The notes: generated from the letters alone by a model not told the origin. DNA of 64,000 nucleotides from Minisyncoccota bacterium (GCA_041663145.1 JBAZRG010000003.1:1000-64999), one strand, 5' to 3'; shown: positions 19,266 through 29,444, numbered from the stretch's first letter. Translations and numbers: made by a program.

Positions 19266-19688
19266 ATGACAGATCAAACAACACAGCACGATATAGTTTC
19301 AAAAAGATTGATGGGTATCGATTTTGGAAAGAAACGAGTCGGAATCGCAGTTTCCGATCCAGATTGTAGTTTCGCTATTCCTGTTTCAGTCATTCAAAAT
19401 ACGCCAGATACCATAGCCGAAATAGAAAAGATCGCTGTAGATAATGAAGTCACAGAGATTGTGCTAGGGGAGTCGCGAGATTACGATGGCAAACCAAACG
19501 ATATCTTTGAAGCCAGTATGAAAATGAAGCAGGCTCTCGAAGCGAAAGGGTTTACTGTTCATTTGGAATTGGAATTTATGACAAGTGTTGCGGCATCTAG
19601 GTTGCAGGGAGAAAATAACATGCTGGATGCTTCCGCCGCCGCTCTCATTCTGCAAAGTTATTTGGATCGGGTAAAGTTGGAAAAATAA
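19266..19688 (+). CDS. ruvX: RuvX/YqgF Holliday-junction resolvase-like pre-16S rRNA nuclease
   Basis: GIDFGKKRVGIAVSD N-terminal RNase H-like motif. Confidence 0.8.
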   Translation: MTDQTTQHDIVSKRLMGIDFGKKRVGIAVSDPDCSFAIPVSVIQNTPDTIAEIEKIAVDNEVTEIVLGESRDYDGKPNDIFEASMKMKQALEAKGFTVHLELEFMTSVAASRLQGENNMLDASAAALILQSYLDRVKLEK

Positions 19689-19702
19689 TATAAACAATAA
19701 TA

Positions 19703-20062
19703 TTGAATAATGTCATGATCACTTACGAAGATTTCAAAAAAGTAGAAATACGAGCAGGAAAGATACTTTCCGCCGAAAAAATACCGGAGACGGACAAGCT
19801 TTTGCGATTGATGGTCGATTTTGCGGAAAAAGACGAAGTTGGAGTTTCGAAACCGAGACAAATAGTTTCGGGTATCAGCGCGTGGTTTCCGGATCCGACA
19901 ACATTGGTCGGTAAAACTTGCATGTTTGTTTCAAACTTGGAGCCGAGAACGATTCGCGGTCTCGAAAGTAACGGAATGTTATTTGCAGTCTCGACTCCTG
20001 AGGGAGGATTTTCATTATTAGAACCAAACCAATCCATTCCACCGGGAACTAAAGCGGCTTAA
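19703..20062 (+). CDS. tRNA-binding domain protein (CsaA/EMAP/Myf-like)
   Basis: OB-fold tRNA-binding motif VEIRAGKILSAEKIPETDKLLRLMVDFAE. Confidence 0.6.
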   Translation: MNNVMITYEDFKKVEIRAGKILSAEKIPETDKLLRLMVDFAEKDEVGVSKPRQIVSGISAWFPDPTTLVGKTCMFVSNLEPRTIRGLESNGMLFAVSTPEGGFSLLEPNQSIPPGTKAA

Positions 20063-20067
20063 TATAT

Positions 20068-20676
20068 ATGATTACAGAATTGATCAACACATTAACCGAT
20101 CCAATGGTCCTTATTGGAGCATTGGGAACCATTGGAGTGATTTCCATTATATTTTTGGAGACTGGAGTTCCGTTTGGTTTTTTCTTTCCAGGCGATTCTT
20201 TATTATTCACAGCTGGTCTTTTGGCATCACAAGGTTACGCATCTTTGACCTGGTTACTTATTGGCACGGTTGTGGCGGCGATCGTAGGGGATAATGTCGG
20301 ATATTATTTCGGCCGTCGAGTCGGCCCATCGATATTCACTAAAGATGATTCATTGTTTTTCAATAAAAAACACGTAGCCAAAGCCCAGTTATTTTTTGAG
20401 AAATATGGCCGAAAAACTATTATTTTGGCCCGATTTATTCCTATAATTCGAACATTTGCCCCAATATTGGCTGGAGTTGGCTCTATGAATTATCGCACCT
20501 TTGTAACATTCAATATTATAGGTGGTTTTTTGTGGACTTGGTCTATGCTTTTGCTCGGTTATGGATTTGGTTCGATTATTCCAGATCCTGAGATATACAT
20601 ATTGCCGATCATTGGACTTATCATTGTAGTTTCATTTATCCCCGCTTTGCTCGCCATATTCAGAAAGAAACAATAG
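20068..20676 (+). CDS. DedA/SNARE-associated family membrane protein
   Basis: FFFPGDSLLFTAGLL and GYYFGR motifs. Confidence 0.7.
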   Translation: MITELINTLTDPMVLIGALGTIGVISIIFLETGVPFGFFFPGDSLLFTAGLLASQGYASLTWLLIGTVVAAIVGDNVGYYFGRRVGPSIFTKDDSLFFNKKHVAKAQLFFEKYGRKTIILARFIPIIRTFAPILAGVGSMNYRTFVTFNIIGGFLWTWSMLLLGYGFGSIIPDPEIYILPIIGLIIVVSFIPALLAIFRKKQ

Positions 20677-20696
20677 GATGCTATAATGTGTAGCAT

Positions 20697-21659
20697 ATGC
20701 ACTCATCGATTTTCTTGCGATTGTTTCCGCCTCCCAAATATCTGGTGATGAAATACACCGGATTACATATATCAGACGACGCGCTATATTGTTTGGATTA
20801 TACGACTAATATTCGTGGTCATTTTATTAGTAAGTTTGGTTGTCTCGACATTCCGCAAGGCATCGTCGAAGGAGGAGAGATCAAGGATGAAAAAAAATTT
20901 AGTGAATTACTCAAGCAGTTCGATCACGATCACGACCTTTCTTTTGTAAAGGTATCAGTGCCAGAAGAGAAGGCTTATCTTTTTCAGACAGATGTGCCAA
21001 GTGCAAATGTTCGTGCCATTGCTCAAAATATCGAGTCAAAACTCGAAGAAAGTGTGCCACTTTCGGCACCTGATGCGGTATTTTATTTCGATCTATTACC
21101 AAAAGCTGTTACCGGAGGAGCTCTCCGAGCCAGTGTCTCGGTCGTAGCAAGATCTTATATAGAAAAGGTCATGGGACTTCTGCGAAATTCAGGAATATTT
21201 CCAGTAGCATTTGAAGTATTACCAAAATCTATTGCAATGGCAGTGATAGAACCAAAAACTCCAGGTGCTGAAATGATAGTTCATATCATGAATCGCAAAA
21301 CCGGAATATATATCGTCTCTGAGAGCGTGGTTTGTTTTACTTCTACGATAAGTTGGGGAAGTCAGGTATCAAACGGTGTTCAGTCAGATATTTCGATTTT
21401 GATCAAAGAGATCAATCGTATCCATGAATACTGGACGACTCATAACCCAGCTACTTCAGCATTGAATAGAATAATATTGGTTGGAAAAGGTTCTTTGGTC
21501 CATGAAAATGTCCTGAAGACAGCCATGTCCGAATTTGGCATTGAAGTCGGTATTGCCGATGTTTGGCGCAATACATTTGATCTGGATAATTACATCCCAC
21601 CGATTTCCAGAGAAGATTCACTCGATTATGCTGTCGCGGCCGGCTTGGCAATATCCTAA
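20697..21659 (+). CDS. pilM: type IV pilus assembly protein PilM-like (actin-like ATPase)
   Basis: GLHISDDALYCLDY...GIVEGGEIKDEKKFSELLKQF resembles PilM N-terminus (GxDIGS..PEGAVENGEI). Confidence 0.55.
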   Translation: MHSSIFLRLFPPPKYLVMKYTGLHISDDALYCLDYTTNIRGHFISKFGCLDIPQGIVEGGEIKDEKKFSELLKQFDHDHDLSFVKVSVPEEKAYLFQTDVPSANVRAIAQNIESKLEESVPLSAPDAVFYFDLLPKAVTGGALRASVSVVARSYIEKVMGLLRNSGIFPVAFEVLPKSIAMAVIEPKTPGAEMIVHIMNRKTGIYIVSESVVCFTSTISWGSQVSNGVQSDISILIKEINRIHEYWTTHNPATSALNRIILVGKGSLVHENVLKTAMSEFGIEVGIADVWRNTFDLDNYIPPISREDSLDYAVAAGLAIS

Positions 21660-21668
21660 TAAATATTT

Positions 21669-22211
21669 ATGTATCACACACTTGTTCCACAATCAGAAAG
21701 ATTAGCACTGAGACGGGCATACCGTAGAAGATATGTCGTCGTATTGTGTTTTGCTCTGTCTATAGCTGGTATTATAGGCATCGTATCACTCATTCCATCA
21801 CTGTTGTTTGTCTCTATTGAGAGAAAATCTGCCGAGATCGAACTTGCATCACTCATTAAAGCCAAAGACATGAGTGGACTCACTGAGATCCAACAACAAG
21901 TTGCGGTGAGTCAGGGATTGTTGGTTCATTTGGCGGCCGGAGCTGTCTCACCCAGGTCCTCTGATCTTATCGAGGATGTCGTACGAAATCGGGGGAATGT
22001 GAGATTGACTTCAGTAGCACTAACTCAGGTCTCGACTTCTTCTGCAAGTATGACTATTCGCGGTGTGGCACCGACACGTGAATCACTATTGTCTTTCAAG
22101 GGTCGACTACTGACGAGTTATCCGGGCAGTAAGGTGGATCTGCCGGTATCCGAACTAGCTCGAAGTGCCGATATAAATTTTTCGATTCAGTTAATTAGAA
22201 AATTACCATGA
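21669..22211 (+). CDS. pilN: PilN-like bitopic membrane protein
   Basis: Single N-terminal TM helix plus periplasmic domain; position after pilM. Confidence 0.45.
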   Translation: MYHTLVPQSERLALRRAYRRRYVVVLCFALSIAGIIGIVSLIPSLLFVSIERKSAEIELASLIKAKDMSGLTEIQQQVAVSQGLLVHLAAGAVSPRSSDLIEDVVRNRGNVRLTSVALTQVSTSSASMTIRGVAPTRESLLSFKGRLLTSYPGSKVDLPVSELARSADINFSIQLIRKLP

Positions 22212-22783
22212 GATATTTGCGAAAACACAGTCTATTGTCGATCTTTGCAGTCTTAGTCACTCTGATTGTGGCCTCGGTATATTTCTATATCTCACAAACT
22301 GTTTCTACTTCTCTAGATGAAACTATCATTGCACGAGATGATCTACAGGCGGGGATTGCTAGCAAAAATAGAGAGAAAGCTTTTTTGGATATTTATGCCA
22401 AGACAGAAAATGACTGGGCACGTCTACCGGACTTCTTTGTATTTTCAGAAAATGTGATTCAATTCATCGAGGCGATGGAATCGTTGGGGAAGTCGGTTGG
22501 TAGTGAAGTTACATTGTCCGAGATCGATGCTGATAATCTGGATTCCTCCAAGAAGAGTGCGCTCGGATCTATACGAGTACATGTCGATGTTAAGGGTTCG
22601 TGGAGCTCTGTGATGAGAACTCTGCGTCTAGCTGAGGCGATGCCATATAAGGTGACGATTAGTGGTGTGAATATAGATGTTGAGGAAGGGGGTAATAAAA
22701 AAACAAATTCTTGGCATCTAACCTTCGATATCAAAGCCGCGATGCTTGCAAATTCACCAGTAAATTCTGTTAAAGCTCAATAA
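22208..22783 (+). CDS. pilO: PilO-like bitopic membrane protein
   Basis: Single TM helix; ATGA-coupled to upstream gene. Confidence 0.4.
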   Translation: MRYLRKHSLLSIFAVLVTLIVASVYFYISQTVSTSLDETIIARDDLQAGIASKNREKAFLDIYAKTENDWARLPDFFVFSENVIQFIEAMESLGKSVGSEVTLSEIDADNLDSSKKSALGSIRVHVDVKGSWSSVMRTLRLAEAMPYKVTISGVNIDVEEGGNKKTNSWHLTFDIKAAMLANSPVNSVKAQ

Positions 22784-22784
22784 T

Positions 22785-23117
22785 ATGAAAATACCTAAAA
22801 TTCGTTTTCATCATAAAGATACCGAGGTGGATATAAACCATCACAAATTTACGCACCGCATCTGGCGTGACCCTTATACTGATTGGGTGGTTATTTGTGT
22901 TATAACAGTGCTCCTATCTGCTTATTTGGTATATGTGGGATTCCAGACATTTCATCATATGAATGACAATGTTAGTAATGCAAATTCGTCTGCAGTTCAG
23001 ACGGCTACGATCGATATAAAGTCATTGACGAATGTTCTCTCAGAATTTGATCTGAAGGAAAGCGAGAGAAAAGATTTGCTCCGTGGGTATAGTGGACCTG
23101 CGGATCCTTCGATATAG
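22785..23117 (+). CDS. small membrane protein (possible PilP-like), hypothetical
   Basis: One TM helix; operonic position only. Confidence 0.3.
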   Translation: MKIPKIRFHHKDTEVDINHHKFTHRIWRDPYTDWVVICVITVLLSAYLVYVGFQTFHHMNDNVSNANSSAVQTATIDIKSLTNVLSEFDLKESERKDLLRGYSGPADPSI

Positions 23118-23155
23118 TTTCGAAATCTGTCGATATATGATAGCTTTGAATATAA

Positions 23156-23228
23156 CCCCTTGTAGTTCAATGGATAGAACAGCGGACTTCTAAGCCGTTG
23201 ATGTTGGTTCGATTCCAACCGAGGGGAC
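23156..23228 (+). tRNA. tRNA-Arg (anticodon TCT)
   Basis: CCCCTTGTAGTTCAATGGATAGAACAGCGGACTTCTAAGCCGTTGATGTTGGTTCGATTCCAACCGAGGGGA; anticodon loop CTTCTAA. Confidence 0.8.
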
Positions 23229-23288
23229 ATGAGATATTGTGAAGAAATAAAGACTTTATGGTTAGTTCATTATTGACCATTATCCTCT

Positions 23289-24677
23289 TTACAAAGAAAC
23301 AAGAGACGATAGAGGAGAGAGATTATCAATCGATACCAATGAATTAATAACAAACGAGGTATTTTTTTGAGGGAATACTATTTGATATTTATATCCCCCA
23401 CCTCCTTCTCCTTCGAATTTCCAACCTGTGATTATTGCGTTCGGTATGAATTGATTAGTTATGCTCAACTCTTTATCATCCTGATATTTAGTTACTAAGC
23501 CTTTGGCTATATAAAGACCATTGCCACTTACACAATCAAAGATCTTATCGTGACCAAATTGTGGTTCAGAAGTGTAATTCCAACCTTTTGGAATTTTAAG
23601 ACGATATCCAATTTTTTTGTCCTCAATAAAAGTATCAGCCGAAACGCATTTAGATCCCGCAAAATATATATTTTCAGAATCAGATATTGTCATTCCTCCC
23701 TTGTAAATAAACGTTGACACATCGACTTCACTCAAAAGAGTGTCGTCGTAAAATACATGATCCTTATCAACTGAATATTGTCCAATGTTGCAATGTCTTC
23801 CTTGGTATTGAATCACCTTGAATGTATTAGGATCAGCTGACTGTATAAGACTTCCTTTGAGATAGACTCCGTGAGTATCTTTCCAGTAACTAAAGCCACA
23901 ATATTCATCTCTTTCAGCTTGATCACTCACTTTTTCAAAATTTACTGGATCGGCTGATGGTACAATTTTGGACTTAAAATAGACATTATTTTTATCAAGA
24001 GCGTATCCATTAGCCATTTCCTTAAATGATTCAGGGTCAGCACCCATTACGATAAAAGCATCATCTCCTTTTCTATATACATTACTAGCATCAGAGACAT
24101 TTTTATTGTCCACAAGATAATTTGACGATATTGGCCGACTATCTGCCATTACACTTTTAAGTGGAAGTATATCTCCATAACCAACGTGCTTTAATATTTG
24201 GTCTGCATCCTTATAAAACCCGAATCCCAAATAAATAGTAGATTTTGATGGAGAAATAAGCCGATGGTCATTATAAATCATGCTTATCTTATCTTTCGCC
24301 ACAAACGAACTTGTGGCGAATGTGGAGAAGGTTGCTAGGTCAGCTGGTGGATTAAGGACGAGTCTTATAGGATAACCACAACGTTGTGTTTCACCCAGAT
24401 TCCAGACGTTGTTCTTATCTTTAGCATACACATCATTTATTATTTGAAACGTATTTGTGTCGATCTCAGTAGGATCAAAATGATCTAATCCATCCACGGA
24501 GCAACGTCGAAAATATATCTCACCTGATATTTCATATAAATGTCCTGCTTCATGAATCAATACAGGATTTCTAGAAGCAACTCCACCCTTATGACTCTTA
24601 AATACAAAGGCAAGCAAAATCAAGATCAGTATCAACCATATTAACAATGCAACTCTTTTTAGATGTGACTTGTTCAT
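23289..24677 (-). CDS. secreted DKNYY-repeat protein
   Basis: Signal/TM N-terminus; repeats DKNNVWN, DNKNVSD, DKNNVYF with ADPxxF / SADPNTF follow-ups (DKNYY-family pattern). Confidence 0.5.
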   Translation of the reverse strand: MNKSHLKRVALLIWLILILILLAFVFKSHKGGVASRNPVLIHEAGHLYEISGEIYFRRCSVDGLDHFDPTEIDTNTFQIINDVYAKDKNNVWNLGETQRCGYPIRLVLNPPADLATFSTFATSSFVAKDKISMIYNDHRLISPSKSTIYLGFGFYKDADQILKHVGYGDILPLKSVMADSRPISSNYLVDNKNVSDASNVYRKGDDAFIVMGADPESFKEMANGYALDKNNVYFKSKIVPSADPVNFEKVSDQAERDEYCGFSYWKDTHGVYLKGSLIQSADPNTFKVIQYQGRHCNIGQYSVDKDHVFYDDTLLSEVDVSTFIYKGGMTISDSENIYFAGSKCVSADTFIEDKKIGYRLKIPKGWNYTSEPQFGHDKIFDCVSGNGLYIAKGLVTKYQDDKELSITNQFIPNAIITGWKFEGEGGGGYKYQIVFPQKNTSFVINSLVSIDNLSPLSSLVSL

Positions 24678-24753
24678 GTTTGATGTATTTTATCAATTTA
24701 ATTTTATTATACACATTGAATTCTGTACGCTTTAGTAGGATACGGATCAGTTG

Positions 24754-24826
24754 TGCGCCCTAAGAGATTCGAACTCCTGACCTTCCCCGTGTAAAGGGGC
24801 TGCTCTACCAACTGAGCTAAGGGCGC
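24754..24826 (-). tRNA. tRNA-Val (anticodon TAC)
   Basis: Reverse complement GCGCCCTTAGCTCAGTTGGTAGAGCAGCCCCTTTACACGGGGAAGGTCAGGAGTTCGAATCTCTTAGGGCGCA. Confidence 0.8.
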
Positions 24827-24890
24827 ATATGATTTATATGATTTTTACATAACGCTTTGCTTATACCATAGACTAGCGTATATTCATGAC

Positions 24891-25661
24891 ATGAGCAATA
24901 AACAGACATCGAACCTGCCAGATATCACCATACTCTATGAAGATGCCGATTGTGTCGTGGTAAATAAACCTGCCGGTCTTTTGGTGCACTCCGATGGGAA
25001 AGCAGTCGGTCCATTTCTCACGGATTGGATAGCCAAACATTATCCACAAACAAAAGATGTTGGTGAAAAGATGAATGGACGAGATGGTAAGCCTGTAGAC
25101 AGGGGAGGTATAGTTCATCGATTGGACAGGGAGACATCAGGCGCATTGCTTATTGCTAAAACAGCAGTCGGTTATGAAGATTTGAAGAAACAATTTCAAG
25201 ATAGGACAATTACAAAGAAATATCTGGCTTTCGTCTGGGGATCGATGGAAGAAGAATTTGGCACTATTGATCGTCCGATCGGTCGAAGCAGTGGCGACTT
25301 TCGTAAGTGGTCGGCTGAACGTGGGACAAGAGGGGAGACAAGGGAAGCGGAGACGTATTGGACATTGATCGCAAATTCCAAGGCTCCAAATCCAGAGGGA
25401 ATATTGGAGAAGGTTGCTCTACTAGAAGTTGAACCAAAGACTGGTCGAACTCACCAGATCAGGGTGCACCTCAAGGCTGTAAATCACCCTATTATCGGTG
25501 ATATGCTCTATGCTCCGAATCGCCCAATGGTTCTAGGCTTTCATAGAACTGCTCTTCATTCTGCCTCGATCGAGTTTGAAACGATAGAAAAAAAGCGATT
25601 GAAAATAGAAGCTCCGTTGCCGGCGGACTTTAGTGAAGCTCGTCGCTTCTTGAATATTTAA
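24891..25661 (+). CDS. RluA-family pseudouridine synthase
   Basis: VVNKPAGLLVH and HRLDRETSGALLIAK catalytic Asp motif. Confidence 0.8.
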   Translation: MSNKQTSNLPDITILYEDADCVVVNKPAGLLVHSDGKAVGPFLTDWIAKHYPQTKDVGEKMNGRDGKPVDRGGIVHRLDRETSGALLIAKTAVGYEDLKKQFQDRTITKKYLAFVWGSMEEEFGTIDRPIGRSSGDFRKWSAERGTRGETREAETYWTLIANSKAPNPEGILEKVALLEVEPKTGRTHQIRVHLKAVNHPIIGDMLYAPNRPMVLGFHRTALHSASIEFETIEKKRLKIEAPLPADFSEARRFLNI

Positions 25662-25687
25662 TGTTGGTGTGATAAGGTATTTCCACT

Positions 25688-26137
25688 ATGAGACCCAAGG
25701 TTATTTCGACAGTCAATACAGCCGAACGTGAAAAACTGGATATTCGTCCTGGTGATTTGGTTCGTGTCTGGCAGAAGATCGAAGAAGACAAAGGCAAATC
25801 TCGTTTGCAGGCCTTCGAAGGTCTAGTCTTGGCTCACAAACATGGTACCGAAGCCGGAGCAACCTTCACTGTTCGCAAAGTCGTAGACGGCGTAGGTGTT
25901 GAGCGTATCTTTCCTCTCTACTCTCCGATGATCGATGAGATCGAACTAGTCCGCCGTTCCAAGGTTCGCCGTGCCAAACTATATTTCATTCGACGCAAGG
26001 CTGCAAAGGAGATCCGACATCAGATGCGACGCATCATGGCTATGAGGGAAGAGCCAGAGGAAGTAGCTCCTGTTTCCGAAGCAGCGCCAGTCGAGACTGC
26101 ACCTACGACTGAACCTACTACTGAGACTGCAAAATAA
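25688..26137 (+). CDS. rplS: 50S ribosomal protein L19 with C-terminal extension
   Basis: [60 protein letters not shown] matches the L19 core. Confidence 0.85.
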   Translation: MRPKVISTVNTAEREKLDIRPGDLVRVWQKIEEDKGKSRLQAFEGLVLAHKHGTEAGATFTVRKVVDGVGVERIFPLYSPMIDEIELVRRSKVRRAKLYFIRRKAAKEIRHQMRRIMAMREEPEEVAPVSEAAPVETAPTTEPTTETAK

Positions 26138-26249
26138 TTTTATATTTATTGCTGGTGAAAAATGAGATGGCAACATCTCATTTTTGTTTGACACATTGAA
26201 TGTCTAGCGATTATTAGCTATAGTGGTCAAGGTTTGAAAAGGGAAATAC

Positions 26250-26333
26250 GCGCGGGTGGCGAAACTGGTAGACGCACTACCTTGAGGTGGTAGCGCCCTT
26301 TCGGGCATGGAGGTTCGAGTCCTCTCCCGCGCA
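26250..26333 (+). tRNA. tRNA-Leu (anticodon GAG)
   Basis: GCGCGGGTGGCGAAACTGGTAGACGCACTACCTTGAGGTGGTAG + long variable arm + GGTTCGAGTCC...CCCGCGCA. Confidence 0.8.
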
Positions 26334-26367
26334 CTGATCTGGGCCCTTAATCTGTTATACTTACCCC

Positions 26368-26922
26368 ATGCTTTATACTCGAAAAGGCGATGATGGGACG
26401 ACCAAGATGTTCGATTCTTCGTCCGGACAAAGAGTTTCGAAGAATTCTAGTCGAAGTGAAGCCTTGGGTTGCTTGGATGAGTTCAATTCTTTCTTGGGCA
26501 TATTGAAAGTAAAATCAAAAGACCAAAAGTTGAAATTGGGTGATAAGAATCTGGAAGAAGTGATCAATTGGGTGCAGAACTGTCTCTTTACAGTCCAAGC
26601 CGAAGTGGCTGGTTCGGAAAAGAAGATTGGAGAGGATGCTGTGATGCGTCTCGAATCTCTCATCGACGAAGCGGAAAAGGAATTGCCACCAATAAAGACC
26701 TTCTTTATATCCGGAGGAACAGAGTTGGCTGCCATGGCGGACTATTCGAGAACACTTGCTCGTACAGCAGAGAGACGTGTGGTGGGTCTGAGGGAGGGTG
26801 GGGATGTTGTTATAGGTGATCATACGCTAGCTTTCATGAATAGATCGTCGTCACTCTTTTATGTCGTGGCTCGACTTATCAACCATAAATCTGGTATAAA
26901 TGAGCATGCGCCTTCATATTGA
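26368..26922 (+). CDS. PduO-type ATP:cob(I)alamin adenosyltransferase
   Basis: N-terminal MLYTRKGDDGTT signature of the PduO/MMAB family. Confidence 0.7.
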   Translation: MLYTRKGDDGTTKMFDSSSGQRVSKNSSRSEALGCLDEFNSFLGILKVKSKDQKLKLGDKNLEEVINWVQNCLFTVQAEVAGSEKKIGEDAVMRLESLIDEAEKELPPIKTFFISGGTELAAMADYSRTLARTAERRVVGLREGGDVVIGDHTLAFMNRSSSLFYVVARLINHKSGINEHAPSY

Positions 26923-26950
26923 GTTGTGTAGTAGTTAGTGTGCGCAATAT

Positions 26951-27023
26951 GGTGCCTATGGTGTAATGGTTAGCACTGAGGTTTGTGGAACCTCCAGTTC
27001 GGGTTCGAATCCCGATAGGCACC
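26951..27023 (+). tRNA. tRNA-His (anticodon GTG) with encoded G-1
   Basis: GGTGCCTATGGTGTAATGGTTAGCACTGAGGTTTGTGGAACCTCCAGTTCGGGTTCGAATCCCGATAGGCACC. Confidence 0.8.
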
Positions 27024-27070
27024 CAAAAGCGAAAACTCTATTATTGACACAGTCAACTCCTTGGTGTTAT

Positions 27071-27442
27071 ATGAAGATTGAAATCGCCTCTTATGAGGCC
27101 AAGCTCATTACAGTACACACTGCCAACAAACATTTCAAAATGAATAAAAATGAGAAAGTACCAGTTTCGAAAGTGGAAAAAATTCTGGCACCAGAATTGA
27201 AGACAGGTCAGCTAGTTTCCATCGCCGACAGTAATGGTGTCATCTGTCGTGCGAAAGTGCTTTCCGTGGCAAGCGACGGAAATCGAAAAGAGATTAGTAT
27301 CCGACCGACCAGCGGCGAACGAAATGTTACCGAATTCGCTTTCTTTCCTAACAACGGCTGGAAAATGTTATTTGAAGGTCTTGGTGGTGAACGATGCTTT
27401 AGTCAACGTGCACCGTTCTACGGAATTGAATCAATTGAGTAG
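27071..27442 (+). CDS. small hypothetical protein (start taken at internal ATG 27071; track ORF begins inside tRNA-His)
   Basis: ORF 26966..27442 overlaps the tRNA, so the first ATG after the tRNA (27071) is used; terminator follows at 27473-27510. Confidence 0.4.
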   Translation: MKIEIASYEAKLITVHTANKHFKMNKNEKVPVSKVEKILAPELKTGQLVSIADSNGVICRAKVLSVASDGNRKEISIRPTSGERNVTEFAFFPNNGWKMLFEGLGGERCFSQRAPFYGIESIE

Positions 27443-27548
27443 GTCAGTGCCTTTGAATATTCGTTTCCACACAACCGCAGAGTAAAATCTGCGGTTTGTC
27501 TTTTTTCCGGCACTAATTTTAAGTAATTTCTCTTCCATTATGGCTATT

Positions 27549-27577
27549 TTGACTATTGCACAGCAATGTGTTATACT
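27549..27577 (+). promoter_or_regulatory. sigma70-like promoter TTGACT-17-TATACT
   Basis: ttgactattgcacagcaatgtgttatact, about 105 nt upstream of ORF 27685. Confidence 0.5.
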
Positions 27578-27684
27578 TATATAAGTAATTCCTACCGTAT
27601 GGTTAGGTGGTTCCTACAAAGGAATAACAAGGTGGTGCGCTCCTTGATAACACGCACATTCAAAATGAAAGGTAATGAGTTAGT

Positions 27685-27963
27685 ATGAAAAGAACACTGA
27701 AAGTGGAAACCTGCCCCGATAAACTTAAGCTAGCATTTTGCTTATTCGAGGGCGACAACAAGACTCAGGAACCGATTGCGTTCAAGGTTCGGGAGACTGA
27801 TGGAACTCAAGAGTGGACTGAATACGTCAAAGTAAACTCGGTTCAACGAGAAGATGGTAGTGGAAATAACTTCAACATCAAGGGTTACAACACTGCGAAT
27901 TCCTGCTTTGTCAACATTTTCATCTCCACTACTTGGCGCAGTGGCACGATGACCTTCGATTAG
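27685..27963 (+). CDS. small hypothetical protein (92 aa), own promoter and terminator
   Basis: Promoter 27549-27577; terminator hairpin gaaacc..gggtttc + T-run at 27988-28018. Confidence 0.45.
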   Translation: MKRTLKVETCPDKLKLAFCLFEGDNKTQEPIAFKVRETDGTQEWTEYVKVNSVQREDGSGNNFNIKGYNTANSCFVNIFISTTWRSGTMTFD

Positions 27964-28148
27964 CTGACCAATATACCCGTTGCACAGGAAACCTGTCGCA
28001 GCGGGTTTCTTCTTTCTATGCAGTGAGTTCAAGTGGGGTAGAAGTCTGGAATGTATATCGTGGCATCATTTCTCCTCTAAAAATAGTTCGAACCCTAAAG
28101 GACTGAAACAATAATCTCAGCTGATGTCAAATAATCCACCAAACCTGC

Positions 28149-28177
28149 TTGACTTCTTTACATGGTCTGTATATAGT
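28149..28177 (+). promoter_or_regulatory. sigma70-like promoter TTGACT-17-TATAGT, near-leaderless transcript
   Basis: ttgacttctttacatggtctgtatatagt; -10 ends 9 nt before the ATG at 28187. Confidence 0.5.
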
Positions 28178-28186
28178 TAATTACAT

Positions 28187-28888
28187 ATGAGCAACAATTA
28201 TATGCAAAAAGTTAAAGAATTTCGTATTAAAAATAATCTTTCACAAGAGCAACTCGCCAAGTCTATTGGCGTGTCTCGCCCGACTTATACCGCTATCGAG
28301 TCCGGGAAACAAACACTGGCTGCAGACCAGGCGCAAAAATTAGCCTCAATGCTGGGAGTCACTGTTGATGAGCTTCTTTCAGGTAATGTACCAAATATCG
28401 CAAAGTACAAGCATATGATATTGAATTACCTCCGGATGAATCTCACAAGCAAAGCCGATAACAAAATTCCAAAAACGAAACTAGCTAAACTTTTGTATCT
28501 TTCAGATTTTGCTTGGTTCTACGATCATTCAGAAAGTATGAGTGGAATGCAATACAGGAGGATTGCTTACGGTCCTGTGCCGGATACTTTTTTTCGCGCT
28601 ATCGACGAACTCGAAGAAGCGGGGAAGATTGTTGTCGAAAGAAAGAGTGATAATGGTAAAGAGATATTCTTGATCAGTGAATCAGAAAGCAATAAAAATG
28701 AAAAAATTGATGATCTATCTCCTGAGGAAATAAAACTAATGAGTGAAATTGGTAAGAAATGGAAGGATAAAAATACAAACGAGATAGTCAACTTTACTCA
28801 CAACCAACTTCCATACGCGATTTGCCGACCAGATGAGATCATCCCTTATGAGCTTATAACCCAGGAAGATCCAGAAATGGTTTTCTAG
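28187..28888 (+). CDS. XRE-family HTH + Panacea (DUF4065/SocA-like) domain antitoxin candidate (PanA-like)
   Basis: N-terminal HTH LSQEQLAKSIGVSRPTYTAIESGK; C-terminal KLAKLLYLSDFAWFYDH...YGPVPD resembles DUF4065. Confidence 0.6.
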   Translation: MSNNYMQKVKEFRIKNNLSQEQLAKSIGVSRPTYTAIESGKQTLAADQAQKLASMLGVTVDELLSGNVPNIAKYKHMILNYLRMNLTSKADNKIPKTKLAKLLYLSDFAWFYDHSESMSGMQYRRIAYGPVPDTFFRAIDELEEAGKIVVERKSDNGKEIFLISESESNKNEKIDDLSPEEIKLMSEIGKKWKDKNTNEIVNFTHNQLPYAICRPDEIIPYELITQEDPEMVF

Positions 28889-28895
28889 TACACGC

Positions 28896-29288
28896 ATGCA
28901 AGGTAATTATTCTGTACGAATAGAAAAGTTTGCAGAAAGGCATTTCATAAAAAGCTTTGAAAAGAAGTATAAGAGTCACTGGGAAATGACTTTGAAAGCT
29001 ATTGTTGCTGGGCTTGAGCGTATTGATTTACTTATAACCACAAGCAGGGCAGAGACGATCTGCGATGTTGATGGTATTAAAATTATTAAAACTGAGTTTC
29101 GAGTTGATAGAACAAAGGAATCTGCAAAGACATCTGGCAATAGATGTATTGTTGCATGGAATAAAGAAAAACATATTGTTTCTATACTACTCGTATATGG
29201 CAAAACCGATCTTGTTGGCCGTAATGAAACGTCTGAATGGCAGAGAATTGTTAAGGAGAACTACCCGGAATACCGCCATTTAATGTAG
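28896..29288 (+). CDS. RelE/ParE-superfamily-like toxin candidate (PanT-like partner)
   Basis: 130 aa, 8 nt downstream of the Panacea gene; C-terminal NRCIVAWNKEKHIVSILLVYGKTDL resembles the RelE/YafQ beta-strand core. Confidence 0.4.
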   Translation: MQGNYSVRIEKFAERHFIKSFEKKYKSHWEMTLKAIVAGLERIDLLITTSRAETICDVDGIKIIKTEFRVDRTKESAKTSGNRCIVAWNKEKHIVSILLVYGKTDLVGRNETSEWQRIVKENYPEYRHLM

Positions 29289-29405
29289 GGTAACAATACT
29301 TGAAACTTGGAATATAGCATCATTTCGTCTCTCCGACCTCAAAATGAGCTTTTTGCTATCAAAAACGTGAAAATACGTATTTTAGCGTACTTTTTCACGA
29401 TTATC

Positions 29406-29433
29406 TTGACAAAACAGTGAATATGCTTATAAT
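29406..29433 (+). promoter_or_regulatory. consensus sigma70 promoter TTGACA-16-TATAAT
   Basis: ttgacaaaacagtgaatatgcttataat; ATG of fic at 29445, so the leader is very short. Confidence 0.55.
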
Positions 29434-29444
29434 TATAATAGTAT

